NCBI GenBank assembly: GCA_903922465.1
Contig: CAIXTV010000078.1
Span: forward strand, 3,624-67,623
Direction: 5' to 3'
Source: an uncultured bacterium
GTDB lineage: Bacteria > Bacteroidota > Bacteroidia > Bacteroidales > CAIXTV01
DNA length: 64,000 bases
Shown: one piece after another, positions 1 through 11,009 of the stretch
How positions within the stretch are numbered: the first letter of the stretch is position 1
How the letters are laid out: every line of letters begins with the position of its first letter
Translations under genes and position numbers: made by a program
Notes under the pieces: model-generated
The model's input: the letters and a program-made list of their open reading frames with translations, nothing else
What the model was told of the DNA's origin: nothing
Database searches by the model: none

Positions 1-1
1 C

Positions 2-925
2 TTTAAATTGATTCCTATTCAACAATATCATTTTACGGATTCGACACTTGAATATAATGAGTATTCGGATGAAAGCGAAAGTGTGAGCAAAAGCATTGCT
101 ATTTCGGATATTGTATATGCTGTTTCGCCTGAGAGCAAGCAAAAAATGCTTGACAAATCAACTGTTTCGTGGATAGATTTGGAGGGGAAAACCCATGTGG
201 AAAAGGTGGCTGACTTAAAACAAAAAATCATTAAAGATCATATTTTGAAACAAACTTTTTGGTTGGGGACTGATTTGTTTGGACGTGATTATCTGAGTCA
301 ACTCATTATTGGAGCAAGGGTGAGCTTGTCGGTGGGCTTTATTTCGGTGATGATATCGCTGCTTATTGGGGTTTTGTTGGGTTCACTGGCAGGATATTTC
401 AAGGGATGGGTTGATAATTTGATTATGTGGTTTATCAATGTGGTGTGGTCGATTCCGACTTTGCTGCTGGTGATTGCTATAACTTTTGCCTTGGGGAAAG
501 GCTTTTGGCAGGTGTTTATTGCCATTGGTTTGACAATGTGGGTGGAGGTTGCCCGCGTGGTGAGGGGGCAAATTATCAGCATACGCGAACTGGAATATGT
601 TGAAGCCGCCCGTGCCTTGGGTTTTAGTAATTTAAGAATCATTTTCAGACATATTTTGCCAAATGTTACTTCATCCATCATCATCATTTCGGCAGCAAAT
701 TTTGCTTCAGCCATATTGATTGAAGCGGGTTTGAGCTTTTTGGGAATAGGTGTGCAACCTCCCATGCCTTCGTGGGGGATGATGATTAAAGAGAATTATC
801 GTTTCATTATACTTGATTCTCCTTACCTTGCAATCGTTCCGGGTTTGGCAATTATGCTGGTGGTGCTTGCTTTTATGGTAATAGGAAATCAGTTGAGGGA
901 TGTTTTAAATGTAAAAGAGCAGTGA
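2..925 (+). CDS. ABC transporter permease, OppC/DppC type (5' end outside window)
   Basis: Frame is open to the window edge. GTDLFGRDYLSQLIIGARVSL motif is followed by a multi-TM permease core and an EAA-like loop (EYVEAARALGFS). The expected first TM helix is missing, so the gene starts upstream. Confidence 0.8.
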   Translation, partial: FKLIPIQQYHFTDSTLEYNEYSDESESVSKSIAISDIVYAVSPESKQKMLDKSTVSWIDLEGKTHVEKVADLKQKIIKDHILKQTFWLGTDLFGRDYLSQLIIGARVSLSVGFISVMISLLIGVLLGSLAGYFKGWVDNLIMWFINVVWSIPTLLLVIAITFALGKGFWQVFIAIGLTMWVEVARVVRGQIISIRELEYVEAARALGFSNLRIIFRHILPNVTSSIIIISAANFASAILIEAGLSFLGIGVQPPMPSWGMMIKENYRFIILDSPYLAIVPGLAIMLVVLAFMVIGNQLRDVLNVKEQ

Positions 926-1162
926 GAAGAATGGACAATGGAGAGTTTGTCCATGTCTAAATAACGTTGACCCTTTTTCTTGTGAATTTATTGATTTCTG
1001 AATGAATTTCAGTGTTTTTATTCTTAAAAAAAAGAAGGTGAAATTGTGAACAATCTTAAAATAAGGATAATATTAATTAGGTGGATTTTCATCACTACAT
1101 TTTTAACGCCTGACATTTAACTGTTTACAATGAATGTCTTGAAAATAATCTTGATGTTTGTA

Positions 1163-1219
1163 AGGATAATCCTACGTAAAAATCAGGATAATCCTACACA
1201 TATTTAGGCTAAGCCCTAC
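1163..1219 (+). promoter_or_regulatory. Three direct repeats (AGGATAATCCTAC x2, AGGCTAAGCCCTAC) at 21-22 bp spacing; candidate operator
   Basis: Read directly at 1163-1175, 1185-1197 and 1206-1219. They lie just upstream of a -7 box and the receiver gene. Each repeat is nearly palindromic (AGGAT-A-ATCCT). Confidence 0.35.
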
Positions 1220-1241
1220 ACGATAGGACATTGTTTGTTAT

Positions 1242-1249
1242 TACTTTTG
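1242..1249 (+). promoter_or_regulatory. Bacteroidota-type -7 promoter box TACTTTTG (TAnnTTTG)
   Basis: Exact match to the TAnnTTTG consensus, 36 bp upstream of the ATG at 1285. Confidence 0.45.
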
Positions 1250-1284
1250 CCTTATTATTCTTAACAAAACTAACTAAACTTAAA

Positions 1285-1683
1285 ATGAGAGTATTATTGG
1301 CAGATGATTCGGCTTTAATTCTGGAGCGGGTGCATGAAATGGTAAGCAGATTTGATCAAGTGGAGATTGCTGGATTATATAAAAATGGGACAGATACACT
1401 TGAAGGGTTAAAATTGCTAAAACCAGATTTGGCAATAGTTGATATAAATATGCCCGGATTAAATGGATTGGAGGTTCTGGAAGAAATCAGGAAAGAAAAT
1501 AAAGTGATTAAATTTATCATTTTAACATTTTATTCAACTGATCATTATCGGCATAAAGCAATTGAGTTGGGAGCCGACTATTTCTTTTCAAAAGTAGACG
1601 ATTTCGAAAAGGTTTCGATAGTCATTGAAGAAATGTTATTGAATGAAGAAAAATCAAAGAAAAAAACCGAAATATTAAATTAA
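1285..1683 (+). CDS. Stand-alone response regulator, receiver (CheY-like) domain only
   Basis: MRVLLADDS...DLAIVDINMPGLNGLEVL...KFIILT shows the acidic pocket, phospho-acceptor Asp and conserved T/K pattern. There is no output domain. ATG 1285 is preferred over the TTG at 1231 because of the -7 box position. Confidence 0.85.
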   Translation: MRVLLADDSALILERVHEMVSRFDQVEIAGLYKNGTDTLEGLKLLKPDLAIVDINMPGLNGLEVLEEIRKENKVIKFIILTFYSTDHYRHKAIELGADYFFSKVDDFEKVSIVIEEMLLNEEKSKKKTEILN

Positions 1684-2002
1684 CAAATAAAAACAAAGCC
1701 TCGATATTTTAACTATTATTTAACCATGTATGATGGTAACAATTTGTCACAATAATGTGTTTAAAATAATAGCGAAATAGTTAAATCAACATTTTAAGGA
1801 AAAAAGATTGTTGGGTTTAATATATAAAAAACAATTATTAATATAAGAAATATGCTAATCTATAGATTTTATTTGGTGTCCACAGATTTTCATCTTTAAT
1901 TTAGCAAATTAATTTTAACAAACCTCAATTCGCCAATAAGCATAAGTTTGATCTTAAAATAAAGAATAATCAGAAGATAACAAGAAAAACAAAACTTTAA
2001 CA

Positions 2003-5000
2003 ATGAATATAATTCGTACATTTTATGTAAGGTTTTTGATTATTCGGCAAGTTTTAATTGCAACTTGCGTGGCTATGCTTTTGTCTTTTCAATCGTTCAG
2101 TCAGTGTCCTCCTGCTACAAGTTTTATTGCATCAACCAACCTTGCTTGCTCAGGTATTCCTGTACAGTTTAGCAACACCTCTAGTGGTTCTAACTTAAGT
2201 TTTCTGTGGAATTTTGGAGATGGAACCACATCTGTCTTACAAGATCCAATTCATACTTTTCCAGATTTATCTGGTGTTGGGAGCGATAGTTACACCGTTA
2301 CTTTAACAGCAACTAACACAATTTTAAATTGCTCCTCAAGTACAACAGCTTCCATTATCGTAAAAAAGAAACCTTCTGTTTACTATTGGCAAGCAAATAA
2401 TTTCAAGGTTTGCCTAAATTCATTAAATTCATTGCCTTATAACATATCGGTATATAACTACTCCGATACAATTAATATTAGTTCTTATACTGTTGATTGG
2501 GGGGATGGGAGTGTGGTTCAAAATGTTCCACTTCCATTTAACACTTCAACTCCGTTTTCGCATGTATATAATAATTCTGGTTATTATCCTATTCATTTTA
2601 CTGCAGTTGGAACTAATGGCTGTATAAATTCCACTACCGATACTCTATCGATAATTAGCAATCCCGTGGCTCAATTTACTCCTCCACCCTCAGGGACTAA
2701 TACTGGCTGTACTCCTTTAACAATAAACATTATCAACACAAGTTCTAATGTTACTCCAAATACATTAACCATTGTTTCATGGGGAGATTTGAGTTATGAT
2801 ACTTTAGCCTTAGGGCAAGTTGCAGGTGACACTATTTATCACACTTATTATAATCCAACATGTGATATTAGTGGTCTTAGCAATCCCTATCTAATTCAGT
2901 TAACAACTATCAACACTTGCGGATCTAGCTATTTGGTTTACTATCCGATAAATGTTTATAAAAAACCTATTGCAATATTTGCTTTGGGTGAAGATACGGT
3001 TTGCATAAACAATCCGGCAAATTTTGCCAACATATCTATTCCTAACTTTTGTGCTTCAAATCCAGTTACTTTTTATCAGTGGAATTTTGGGGATGGAAGT
3101 GGAACAGGGCTAATTCCTGGCTTGCCAATTAATCCAACTCCTGATGTTTCGCATGTTTACACTGCACCTGGGGTGTATAATGTTAATTTGGAGGCTTCTA
3201 ATACTTCGATGAATGGTTGTGGACTGACAGATACAACTCTTAAGATTGTTGTTGTTCAAACAGTTGCTGAGTTTAACCATGATAATGTTTGTTTGAATTC
3301 GCCAACACATTTTTATGATTCATCATGGACCATCGGAGGTTATGTTTACGCATGGCTTTGGGAATTTGGCGATGGAACAACTTCTTCGGTTAAAAACCCT
3401 ACTCACACCTACCTGAATCCCGGCACTTATAATGTAATTCTGCATTCAACTGGTAATACAGGATGTACCGATACAGTTTCTCACCAGGTTATTGTTTACC
3501 CAAAACCCCTTCCGAATTTCAGTTTTACGCATACCTGCACTGGTGATACAGTCCATTTTACGGATCTTTCTACCTCGACAAGTAGCATAGTCTGGACCCT
3601 TTGGAATTTTGGTGATGGTACTTTTTCAACACTGCAAAACCCAACCCATTATTATAGCACACCAGGAACATATCAGGTAACACTAAGTTTAACAAATGCC
3701 TTAGGCTGTTCAAAATCAATTACACAAACACTTAGTGTTCGTTTGCTTCCAAATGCACAATTTGCAACAAGTTCTTCGATTAGTTGTGTCCTCAATCCTC
3801 AAATACCATTTACTGATTCATCGACATCACCAAACGGCAGTATTCAAAGTTGGACTTGGCAATTTGGAGACGGTACTTCATCTAATTTACAAAACCCCGG
3901 TCATTCATATCTGAATTTTGGTTCTTTTTGGGTTACACTTATTGTAACTGATCAAATGGGATGTGTAGATTCTATAACCCATTTACAAACAGTTAACCCT
4001 CTTCCTTCAGCTAATTTTGTTGCTGATACGGTGTGTTTTGGTACACCAACACACTTCACAGATCAATCATCTCAACAGGTCGGGACTATCATTAATAAAT
4101 GGAAATGGCATTTTGGTGACAACCAAATTGACTCTCTAAATCAAAATCCGTCACATATTTATGCAAATCCGGGATTGTACAACGTAATGCTTGTTATTTT
4201 CAACTTAAATGGATGTTCCGATACTGCAAATCAAAATGTATGGGTAGACTCAATTCCTTCACCAGCTTTTACAGCAAATACAGTTTGTATTGGCAATACT
4301 ACTACTTTTACTCAAAATTCAGTTGCTCATGGTTCTCCAATAGTAGAATGGGATTGGCTTTTTGGTGATGGAGGAAGCGCAATAACACCAAACCCTTCAC
4401 ATTTGTATTCAAGCTCAGGGACCTTCAACGTTGTTTTAAAGGTAACTGACAATAAAGGTTGCTCTAACCAGATAACACAATCGTTAAACGTTTACCCCTA
4501 TCCCAATCCTGATTTTTTTATTGTTCCCTCATGTTTAGGACAACCCACACAATTTCTTGATTCTTCTAGTGGATTGGGATTCCCAATTGTAAGTTGGAGT
4601 TGGAATTTTGGGGATGGAACTTTTTCATCATTGCAAAATCCTATAAAAACGTATAATTCGGTTGCCACTTATAATATTCAATTAACCATAAGCAATGCCA
4701 ATAATTGCCTATCTAGCATTAGTAAAAGCTTTGTTTTTGATTCGCTTCCTGAAATTCATTTCTATACTGATACGGTTTGTTTAGGTAGTCCCACTCACTT
4801 TTACGATATTTCTGTTTCGCATGGAAGTAATAATTTTTCGTGGCTTTGGAATTTTGGAGATGGGACATCCAGTTTATTACAATTCCCTAGCCATACATTT
4901 TCCACCCATGGACTTCACAATGTTTCACTTATTGTAACTAACATCAGAGGATGTTCAGATACTTTAATAATGCCAGTCATAGTTGACACTTTACCAAGCC

Positions 5001-8000
5001 CACAATATACAGCTAATACTGTTTGCCTTGGGAATTCTACTCAATTCAATCAAAATTCGATAGGACACGGAGGAGCAAATATCACCAATTGGAATTGGTC
5101 TTTTGGTGATGGAAATATCTCGAATGCAGTCAATCCCACACACATATATTCAGGATTAATAACGTATAATGCTTCACTTCAAGTTACTGATAGCAAAGGT
5201 TGTTCTTCGACTATAACACATCCTGTAAATGTTTATCCCTTACCTGTTGCTAATTTCTCCACTATTAATAATTGTCTAGGATATTTAACTACTTTTTCTG
5301 ATTCAAGTAATTATGCAGGAGGTACTCTAAGTTCTCAGAAATGGTTTTTTGGTGATGGTGGATCAGCTAATAATATTTTACACCCAATCCATGTGTATCC
5401 CTCAGAAGGTATTTACAATGTCGTCTATATAATTTCAAATACTAATGGTTGTATTGATACTATCATAAAGCCTGTCAAAATAGATTCTTTACCTTTTGTG
5501 TTTTTTATTTCTGATACTGCATGCAAAGGAAGTGCTACCCATTTTTTCGATTATTCTCAGTGGCATGGAAGTCTTAATGTTTCTTGGCGTTGGTACTTCG
5601 GTGATGGCTTCTCAAGTAATGTTCAACATCCATCACATACCTATTTAAATTCAGGGAATTATAACGCCACTTTAATTGTTACTAATCAATTTGGATGCTC
5701 CGATACTGTTATTTTACCAGTTCACGTTGATTCTATACCAACAGCAAATTTTAGCTCTGTTAATGTTCCTTTAGGGTCTCCTACTCCTTTTACCAATCTT
5801 TCAGTTCCTCATGGAAGTCCAATTGTGAGTTGGCAATGGTATTTTGGTGATGGAACTTCTTCAACTTTATCCAATCCGAATCATTTCTATGCAACTGCTT
5901 CCACATTTACAGTAAAACTAATTGTGAGAGATGCAAAAGGATGTCTTGATACTGTTATTCACACAACAACAGTGTATCCTTTACCCTTGCCTAATTTTAT
6001 TGCAAATGCAGTATGCTTTGGAGATACAACTCATTTTACAGACATCTCGCTTCCTTCGGGTAGCCCAATAATTGGTTGGTCATGGAATTTTGGAGATGGA
6101 AGTACATCTATAATTCATAACCCTAATCATTTATATACTAACCCTGGAACATATATTGTAAAGCTTAAAGTAACTGCATTAAATGGTAGTTCTGATAGTA
6201 TTACAAAAAATGTTATTGTATATAATTTACCAATTCCGAATTTCACCAGTTCAATTTCCTGTTTTAATACACCTACCCAATTCACAAATATATCTAGCTG
6301 GTTAATTGCTCCTATTTCATATTCCAGCTGGTCGTTTGGCGATGGTACGACTTCATCCAATAGTAATCCTTTGCATCAATACGCTTTAGCTTCTAGTTTG
6401 ACTAACTTTACAGTAATACTTACCGTCACCGATACAAATGGTTGTAGCAAAAGTATTTCTCACATCCAAGTTATTTATCCTGAAGTTTTTGCTCAATTCC
6501 TTAGTGATACAGTTTGTTCTCTTTCTCCTATTCAAGTTATAGACCAATCGAATAGTCCATCTGGCATTATAACCAATTGGCAGTGGAGTTTTGGCAATGG
6601 AAGTATTAGCAATCTTCAAACTCCTATTTATACATACCCTATTGTCAATAATCCTACTTATTATCCTGTCAGATTAGTTGCAACTGATAATCATTCTTGT
6701 AAAGATACTATTCAACATTTCTTGCTTGTAAATCCATTACCACAAGTAAATTTCACAAATGATACTGTTTGCTTTGGCTCAACGACTCATTTCTTCAATA
6801 ATTCATTTAGTACAGGAGGAGCTATTACGAATTGGCTTTGGAGTTTTGATGGAGCTGGATCCAGTAGTATACAGCAACCTGTTTATGTATTTAATCATTG
6901 GGGGATTTCTAATACATCATTAACTGTTACGGATAATAATGGCTGTTCAAAAACATTATCAAAACAAGTTATGGTTGATTCTTTGCCGATTGTTAATTTC
7001 ATATGGTCAGGGAATTGTGCTACTTCACTTGTTGATTTTTTTGACCAATCCACAGGAAATGGTAATTTAATTTCAAGTTGGTATTGGGATTTTGGGGACT
7101 TAAATTATTCCTCCCTTCAAAATCCAAGTCACTATTATAATATAGTTGACACTTTTAATATCACACTAACAGTTACCAACACACGAGGGTGCTTAAATAG
7201 TGCGAGTCAGGCATTATACGTGAATCCTTCATTGGGATTTACTTTTAATTCTGATACCGTTTGTAGTGGAGAATCTACAACCTTTACTCATTCAATTTTA
7301 AATCCAAATACCCATTTAGTTGCATGGCATTGGGATTTCGGTGATGGATCTTCATCTGTTTCTATTAATCCTATGCATCAATATGCTTTATCTGGAAATT
7401 ATAATGTTTCCTTAACGGTGTTGGATAGTAATGGATGTGTTGAAAGTATAACCAACTTAGTGAAAGTTAATCCACTACCCGTAGCTGATTTTTCCGCAAA
7501 TAATGTCTGTTTAGGAACTCCATCCCTTTTTATTGATATTTCTTCAGGAATGGGGTCAGCTATTGTTAGTCGTGAATGGGATTTAGGAGATGGCACTAAT
7601 ATTTTGGGCGGTTTAACGCAAACTCATGTTTACACAAATTCAGGATCTTATACTTGTCGTTTAATTATTATTAATGCCAATGGATGTAGTGATACCATAA
7701 TAAAAATAGTTAATGTAATTTCTGTCCCTCTTGCTGATTTTTCATTTAATAATGCATGTTTAGGCTCCAATACTTTATTTACGGATAACTCAATTTGTTT
7801 AAATGGTGTTATTAACAGTCATCTGTGGAACTTTGGTGATGGAAGTTCTTATTATATTCCTACTCCTGCCCAATACACTCAATACTTGAATCATTTATAT
7901 AATTTACCCGGTAGTTATCAAGTGAGCCTAGTTGTTGCTAATTCGTTTTGTTCCGATACCGCTCTGATTAATATTGTAATTGATTCAATTCCGGAAGCAC

Positions 8001-9763
8001 ATTTTATTAACACATCTGCATGTTTTGGTGATTCTACCATTTTTACCGACCAATCTATAACAACAGACAATATCATTGTATCATGGAGTTGGACATTTGG
8101 AGATGGACATACATCAAGTCAAATAAATCCTTTACATCAATATGCTAGCCCAGGAACTTATTTAGCGAGTTTGACCGTTATCGATTCGAAAGGTTGCATA
8201 GATTCTATTCAACATTGGGTTCTTGTGAGGACATTGCCTGTAGCTAATTTTTCTTTTATCCCGGCAAACGCTGGCATTCCTGTCGTGTTTAACGATCTGT
8301 CAATCGCAAACGGAGGGGCTATAAATAACTGGCAATGGAATTTTGGCAATGGAGATACATCCTTATTGCAAAACCCTATAGAAGTCTACGTTAACCCCGG
8401 TTTTTATACTATATCATTACATATTACCAATATTTGGGGTTGTTCAGATACAGCTAGCCATGTTGTTTTAATAAATTCACCAGTGATACAGGCAGCGTTT
8501 TCATTTGTTACGGGCTGCATAGGATCAACTACTCTATTCACCGATTCATCAACTTTAAGTTGGGGATTTATTAGTCAATGGTTATGGGATTTCGGAGATG
8601 GATTTTCGTCTACGCTTCAGAATCCTTCACATACCTATGCTGCGCCCGGGAACTATAATGTTACTCTTATTATTCATGGGAACTACAATAATTCAGATAC
8701 TATTATTCATATTGTCCCGGTGCATACTATTCCTTTAGCAAATTTCGATTACTCCTCTCCTTGTGTTAATGCATCGACTGATTTTACAAACACCTCAACT
8801 GTGGCTCCCGGCAACATTGTTGGCAGTACATGGCTTTTTGATAATGGCTTAATTGACAATACTTTTAATTCGTCTAAAGTATATACCGATACCGGAAGTT
8901 ACTTGGTATCCTTAATTGTTATATCAGACATGGGCTGTAGCGATACAGTCACGCGTACTTTATCAGTAAGTCCACAGCCTGAGGTTCATTTTTCGAGCAA
9001 TCTTACAAATGGTTGTGCTCCTTTAATTGTAAACTTTATGGATTCATCGATAGTTATGAATGGGTCGATAACTGATTGGATATGGAACTTTGGTGATGGA
9101 AACACTTCAAATTCGCCTATTCAGGTAAGTCACACTTATTTAAGTACAGGGAATTATAGTGTTGTTTTAAAAATAATATCTGACCAAGGTTGTTCGAATA
9201 TGCTTACCATTAATAATTTTATTACGGTGCATCAAAATCCTATTGCAAGCTTTACTCATGCCCCTGATTGGGTCACAGAAATTGACGGAACGGTTTGGTT
9301 TTCGGATCTTTCTTTTGGAGCATCGACATGGGAATGGGATTTTGGAAACGGAATGAATTCTTATCTGCAATCGCCCGTTACCACCTATAATACAGAAGGT
9401 AATCCAACCATCACCCTGATTGTTTCAAACAATTATGGGTGTAAGGATACAACGATGCACGTATTATATGTATATCACGATGATGCCTTTTTCATTCCTA
9501 ACGCCTTTACTCCAACTGCTGATAATCTGAATAGTTATTTTGGGCCTTATGGGGTTGATTTAGAAAGTAAGCATTTCAGAATGTATGTTTGGGATCGTTG
9601 GGGTGGCTTGGTATTTTCCAGCACAAACTATTCCCAATTATGGGATGGTAAGGATAAAAAAGGAGATCCATGCCCATTAGGAGTATATGTTTACAAGCTA
9701 TTTCTTGATGACAAAAACGGTGAGAGTAAAGAGAAAAACGGTCAAGTGACACTTGTTAGATAA
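2003..9763 (+). CDS. Giant secreted PKD-repeat protein (2586 aa) with gliding-motility-associated / T9SS type B C-terminal domain
   Basis: N-terminal hydrophobic signal-like segment. About 29 repeats carry W-x-FGDG-x-x-S...NP-x-H-x-Y...Y-x-V-x-L. The C-terminus (FIPNAFTPTADNLNSYF...WDRWGGLVFSS...GVYVYKL) matches the type B sorting domain. Confidence 0.9.
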   Translation: MNIIRTFYVRFLIIRQVLIATCVAMLLSFQSFSQCPPATSFIASTNLACSGIPVQFSNTSSGSNLSFLWNFGDGTTSVLQDPIHTFPDLSGVGSDSYTVTLTATNTILNCSSSTTASIIVKKKPSVYYWQANNFKVCLNSLNSLPYNISVYNYSDTINISSYTVDWGDGSVVQNVPLPFNTSTPFSHVYNNSGYYPIHFTAVGTNGCINSTTDTLSIISNPVAQFTPPPSGTNTGCTPLTINIINTSSNVTPNTLTIVSWGDLSYDTLALGQVAGDTIYHTYYNPTCDISGLSNPYLIQLTTINTCGSSYLVYYPINVYKKPIAIFALGEDTVCINNPANFANISIPNFCASNPVTFYQWNFGDGSGTGLIPGLPINPTPDVSHVYTAPGVYNVNLEASNTSMNGCGLTDTTLKIVVVQTVAEFNHDNVCLNSPTHFYDSSWTIGGYVYAWLWEFGDGTTSSVKNPTHTYLNPGTYNVILHSTGNTGCTDTVSHQVIVYPKPLPNFSFTHTCTGDTVHFTDLSTSTSSIVWTLWNFGDGTFSTLQNPTHYYSTPGTYQVTLSLTNALGCSKSITQTLSVRLLPNAQFATSSSISCVLNPQIPFTDSSTSPNGSIQSWTWQFGDGTSSNLQNPGHSYLNFGSFWVTLIVTDQMGCVDSITHLQTVNPLPSANFVADTVCFGTPTHFTDQSSQQVGTIINKWKWHFGDNQIDSLNQNPSHIYANPGLYNVMLVIFNLNGCSDTANQNVWVDSIPSPAFTANTVCIGNTTTFTQNSVAHGSPIVEWDWLFGDGGSAITPNPSHLYSSSGTFNVVLKVTDNKGCSNQITQSLNVYPYPNPDFFIVPSCLGQPTQFLDSSSGLGFPIVSWSWNFGDGTFSSLQNPIKTYNSVATYNIQLTISNANNCLSSISKSFVFDSLPEIHFYTDTVCLGSPTHFYDISVSHGSNNFSWLWNFGDGTSSLLQFPSHTFSTHGLHNVSLIVTNIRGCSDTLIMPVIVDTLPSPQYTANTVCLGNSTQFNQNSIGHGGANITNWNWSFGDGNISNAVNPTHIYSGLITYNASLQVTDSKGCSSTITHPVNVYPLPVANFSTINNCLGYLTTFSDSSNYAGGTLSSQKWFFGDGGSANNILHPIHVYPSEGIYNVVYIISNTNGCIDTIIKPVKIDSLPFVFFISDTACKGSATHFFDYSQWHGSLNVSWRWYFGDGFSSNVQHPSHTYLNSGNYNATLIVTNQFGCSDTVILPVHVDSIPTANFSSVNVPLGSPTPFTNLSVPHGSPIVSWQWYFGDGTSSTLSNPNHFYATASTFTVKLIVRDAKGCLDTVIHTTTVYPLPLPNFIANAVCFGDTTHFTDISLPSGSPIIGWSWNFGDGSTSIIHNPNHLYTNPGTYIVKLKVTALNGSSDSITKNVIVYNLPIPNFTSSISCFNTPTQFTNISSWLIAPISYSSWSFGDGTTSSNSNPLHQYALASSLTNFTVILTVTDTNGCSKSISHIQVIYPEVFAQFLSDTVCSLSPIQVIDQSNSPSGIITNWQWSFGNGSISNLQTPIYTYPIVNNPTYYPVRLVATDNHSCKDTIQHFLLVNPLPQVNFTNDTVCFGSTTHFFNNSFSTGGAITNWLWSFDGAGSSSIQQPVYVFNHWGISNTSLTVTDNNGCSKTLSKQVMVDSLPIVNFIWSGNCATSLVDFFDQSTGNGNLISSWYWDFGDLNYSSLQNPSHYYNIVDTFNITLTVTNTRGCLNSASQALYVNPSLGFTFNSDTVCSGESTTFTHSILNPNTHLVAWHWDFGDGSSSVSINPMHQYALSGNYNVSLTVLDSNGCVESITNLVKVNPLPVADFSANNVCLGTPSLFIDISSGMGSAIVSREWDLGDGTNILGGLTQTHVYTNSGSYTCRLIIINANGCSDTIIKIVNVISVPLADFSFNNACLGSNTLFTDNSICLNGVINSHLWNFGDGSSYYIPTPAQYTQYLNHLYNLPGSYQVSLVVANSFCSDTALINIVIDSIPEAHFINTSACFGDSTIFTDQSITTDNIIVSWSWTFGDGHTSSQINPLHQYASPGTYLASLTVIDSKGCIDSIQHWVLVRTLPVANFSFIPANAGIPVVFNDLSIANGGAINNWQWNFGNGDTSLLQNPIEVYVNPGFYTISLHITNIWGCSDTASHVVLINSPVIQAAFSFVTGCIGSTTLFTDSSTLSWGFISQWLWDFGDGFSSTLQNPSHTYAAPGNYNVTLIIHGNYNNSDTIIHIVPVHTIPLANFDYSSPCVNASTDFTNTSTVAPGNIVGSTWLFDNGLIDNTFNSSKVYTDTGSYLVSLIVISDMGCSDTVTRTLSVSPQPEVHFSSNLTNGCAPLIVNFMDSSIVMNGSITDWIWNFGDGNTSNSPIQVSHTYLSTGNYSVVLKIISDQGCSNMLTINNFITVHQNPIASFTHAPDWVTEIDGTVWFSDLSFGASTWEWDFGNGMNSYLQSPVTTYNTEGNPTITLIVSNNYGCKDTTMHVLYVYHDDAFFIPNAFTPTADNLNSYFGPYGVDLESKHFRMYVWDRWGGLVFSSTNYSQLWDGKDKKGDPCPLGVYVYKLFLDDKNGESKEKNGQVTLVR
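2105..9475 (+). repeat. About 29 tandem PKD-domain coding repeats (roughly 80-90 aa each), diverged at DNA level
   Basis: I counted 29 WxFGDG-type motifs in the translation. Boundaries are approximate. Confidence 0.8.
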
Positions 9764-9846
9764 ACAAAGGCACTCCATTATTTCTTGTCGGCTCCTTAAG
9801 TTTTAATAATATTACTTATTAATCTTCTGACCTTAATTCAATAATC

Positions 9847-10917
9847 CTATTTCAATTCGAGTTTTTGCTTTTTAGGAAATGCCAATGAAGCTAAGATGCT
9901 GGTGATGAGTATGCCTAAAATCACATACAATGAATGTGCGGTGGTGAATCCGATTTCTTCTAACCATGAATGTATCAGCATTTTTGTTCCAATAAAAATC
10001 AGTAAAACCGAAAGTCCTGTTTTTAGGTAATGGAAAAGATTGATGATATTCACCACAAGGAAGAATAATGACCGCAAGCCTATAATGGCAAATATATTTG
10101 AAAAGAAAACAATATATGGGTCTTTTGAAATGGAGAATATGGCTGGCACTGAATCGACTGCAAAAATCAAATCGGAGAATTCTACTACCAAAAGCACTAT
10201 AAACAGAGGGGTAATAAAATACTTTCCGTTTTCTTTTATCCAAAACTTTTCTTTCACAAAGGTTGGATATACTCTGAAAAACCTTGATGCAAACTTGACT
10301 ATAGGATGATGTTCCGAATCAATTTTATCTTCTTTATTGCGGCTAAGAAACATTTTTATTCCGGTGAATACTAGGAAAACTCCGAAGATGTATAGTATCC
10401 ACGAAAACTGATAAATCAGGGCTGCGCTTAAAAAGATAAATAAAAATCTTAGTATTAACGCGCCTATTATTCCCCAAAACAACACTCGCTTATAGTACTT
10501 TTTTTCTACTGCAAAGGCACTGAATATTAGCACCATAACAAAAACATTATCAATTGAGAGTGAATATTCGACCAGATATCCTGTTAAGTATTCGAGGGCG
10601 AGATTGTTTTTATAAATGACCAGAGCTTCGGCGAAGTTTGTGCAATGACTGAAGTTGATAGGATGTTGAAATTTATCTTTAACTGCGAGGAGTTTATCCC
10701 AATCGTTGTTGGCAATGCCATGTATGAGTTCGCCGTGGGTTTTGATGATAAAATAGAACCCTATCGACAATACAACCCAAATGCTTGTCCAAATAATAGA
10801 TTCTTTAAATGACACGATGTGATTGTTTTTATTGAAGACTCCAAGGTCGAGCACTAAGAATAAAGTAATCAGGGTAATAAAGCCACCAAAGAATAATATT
10901 TCGCTAATATGAACCAT
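9847..10917 (-). CDS. TerC family integral membrane protein
   Basis: LVEYSLSIDNVFVMVLIF and DLIFAVDSVPAIFSISKDPYIVFFSNIFAIIGLRSLFF are the duplicated TerC signatures. The protein is multi-TM. Confidence 0.85.
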   Translation of the reverse strand: MVHISEILFFGGFITLITLFLVLDLGVFNKNNHIVSFKESIIWTSIWVVLSIGFYFIIKTHGELIHGIANNDWDKLLAVKDKFQHPINFSHCTNFAEALVIYKNNLALEYLTGYLVEYSLSIDNVFVMVLIFSAFAVEKKYYKRVLFWGIIGALILRFLFIFLSAALIYQFSWILYIFGVFLVFTGIKMFLSRNKEDKIDSEHHPIVKFASRFFRVYPTFVKEKFWIKENGKYFITPLFIVLLVVEFSDLIFAVDSVPAIFSISKDPYIVFFSNIFAIIGLRSLFFLVVNIINLFHYLKTGLSVLLIFIGTKMLIHSWLEEIGFTTAHSLYVILGILITSILASLAFPKKQKLELK

Positions 10918-11009
10918 AAAATTTTCTTTCTTGCAAAAGTAAGAAAACTATCGATACCTAAAAATGTAATAAACCTTAGTGAAATCGCATTTCTAAAGTA
11001 AAATAATAT

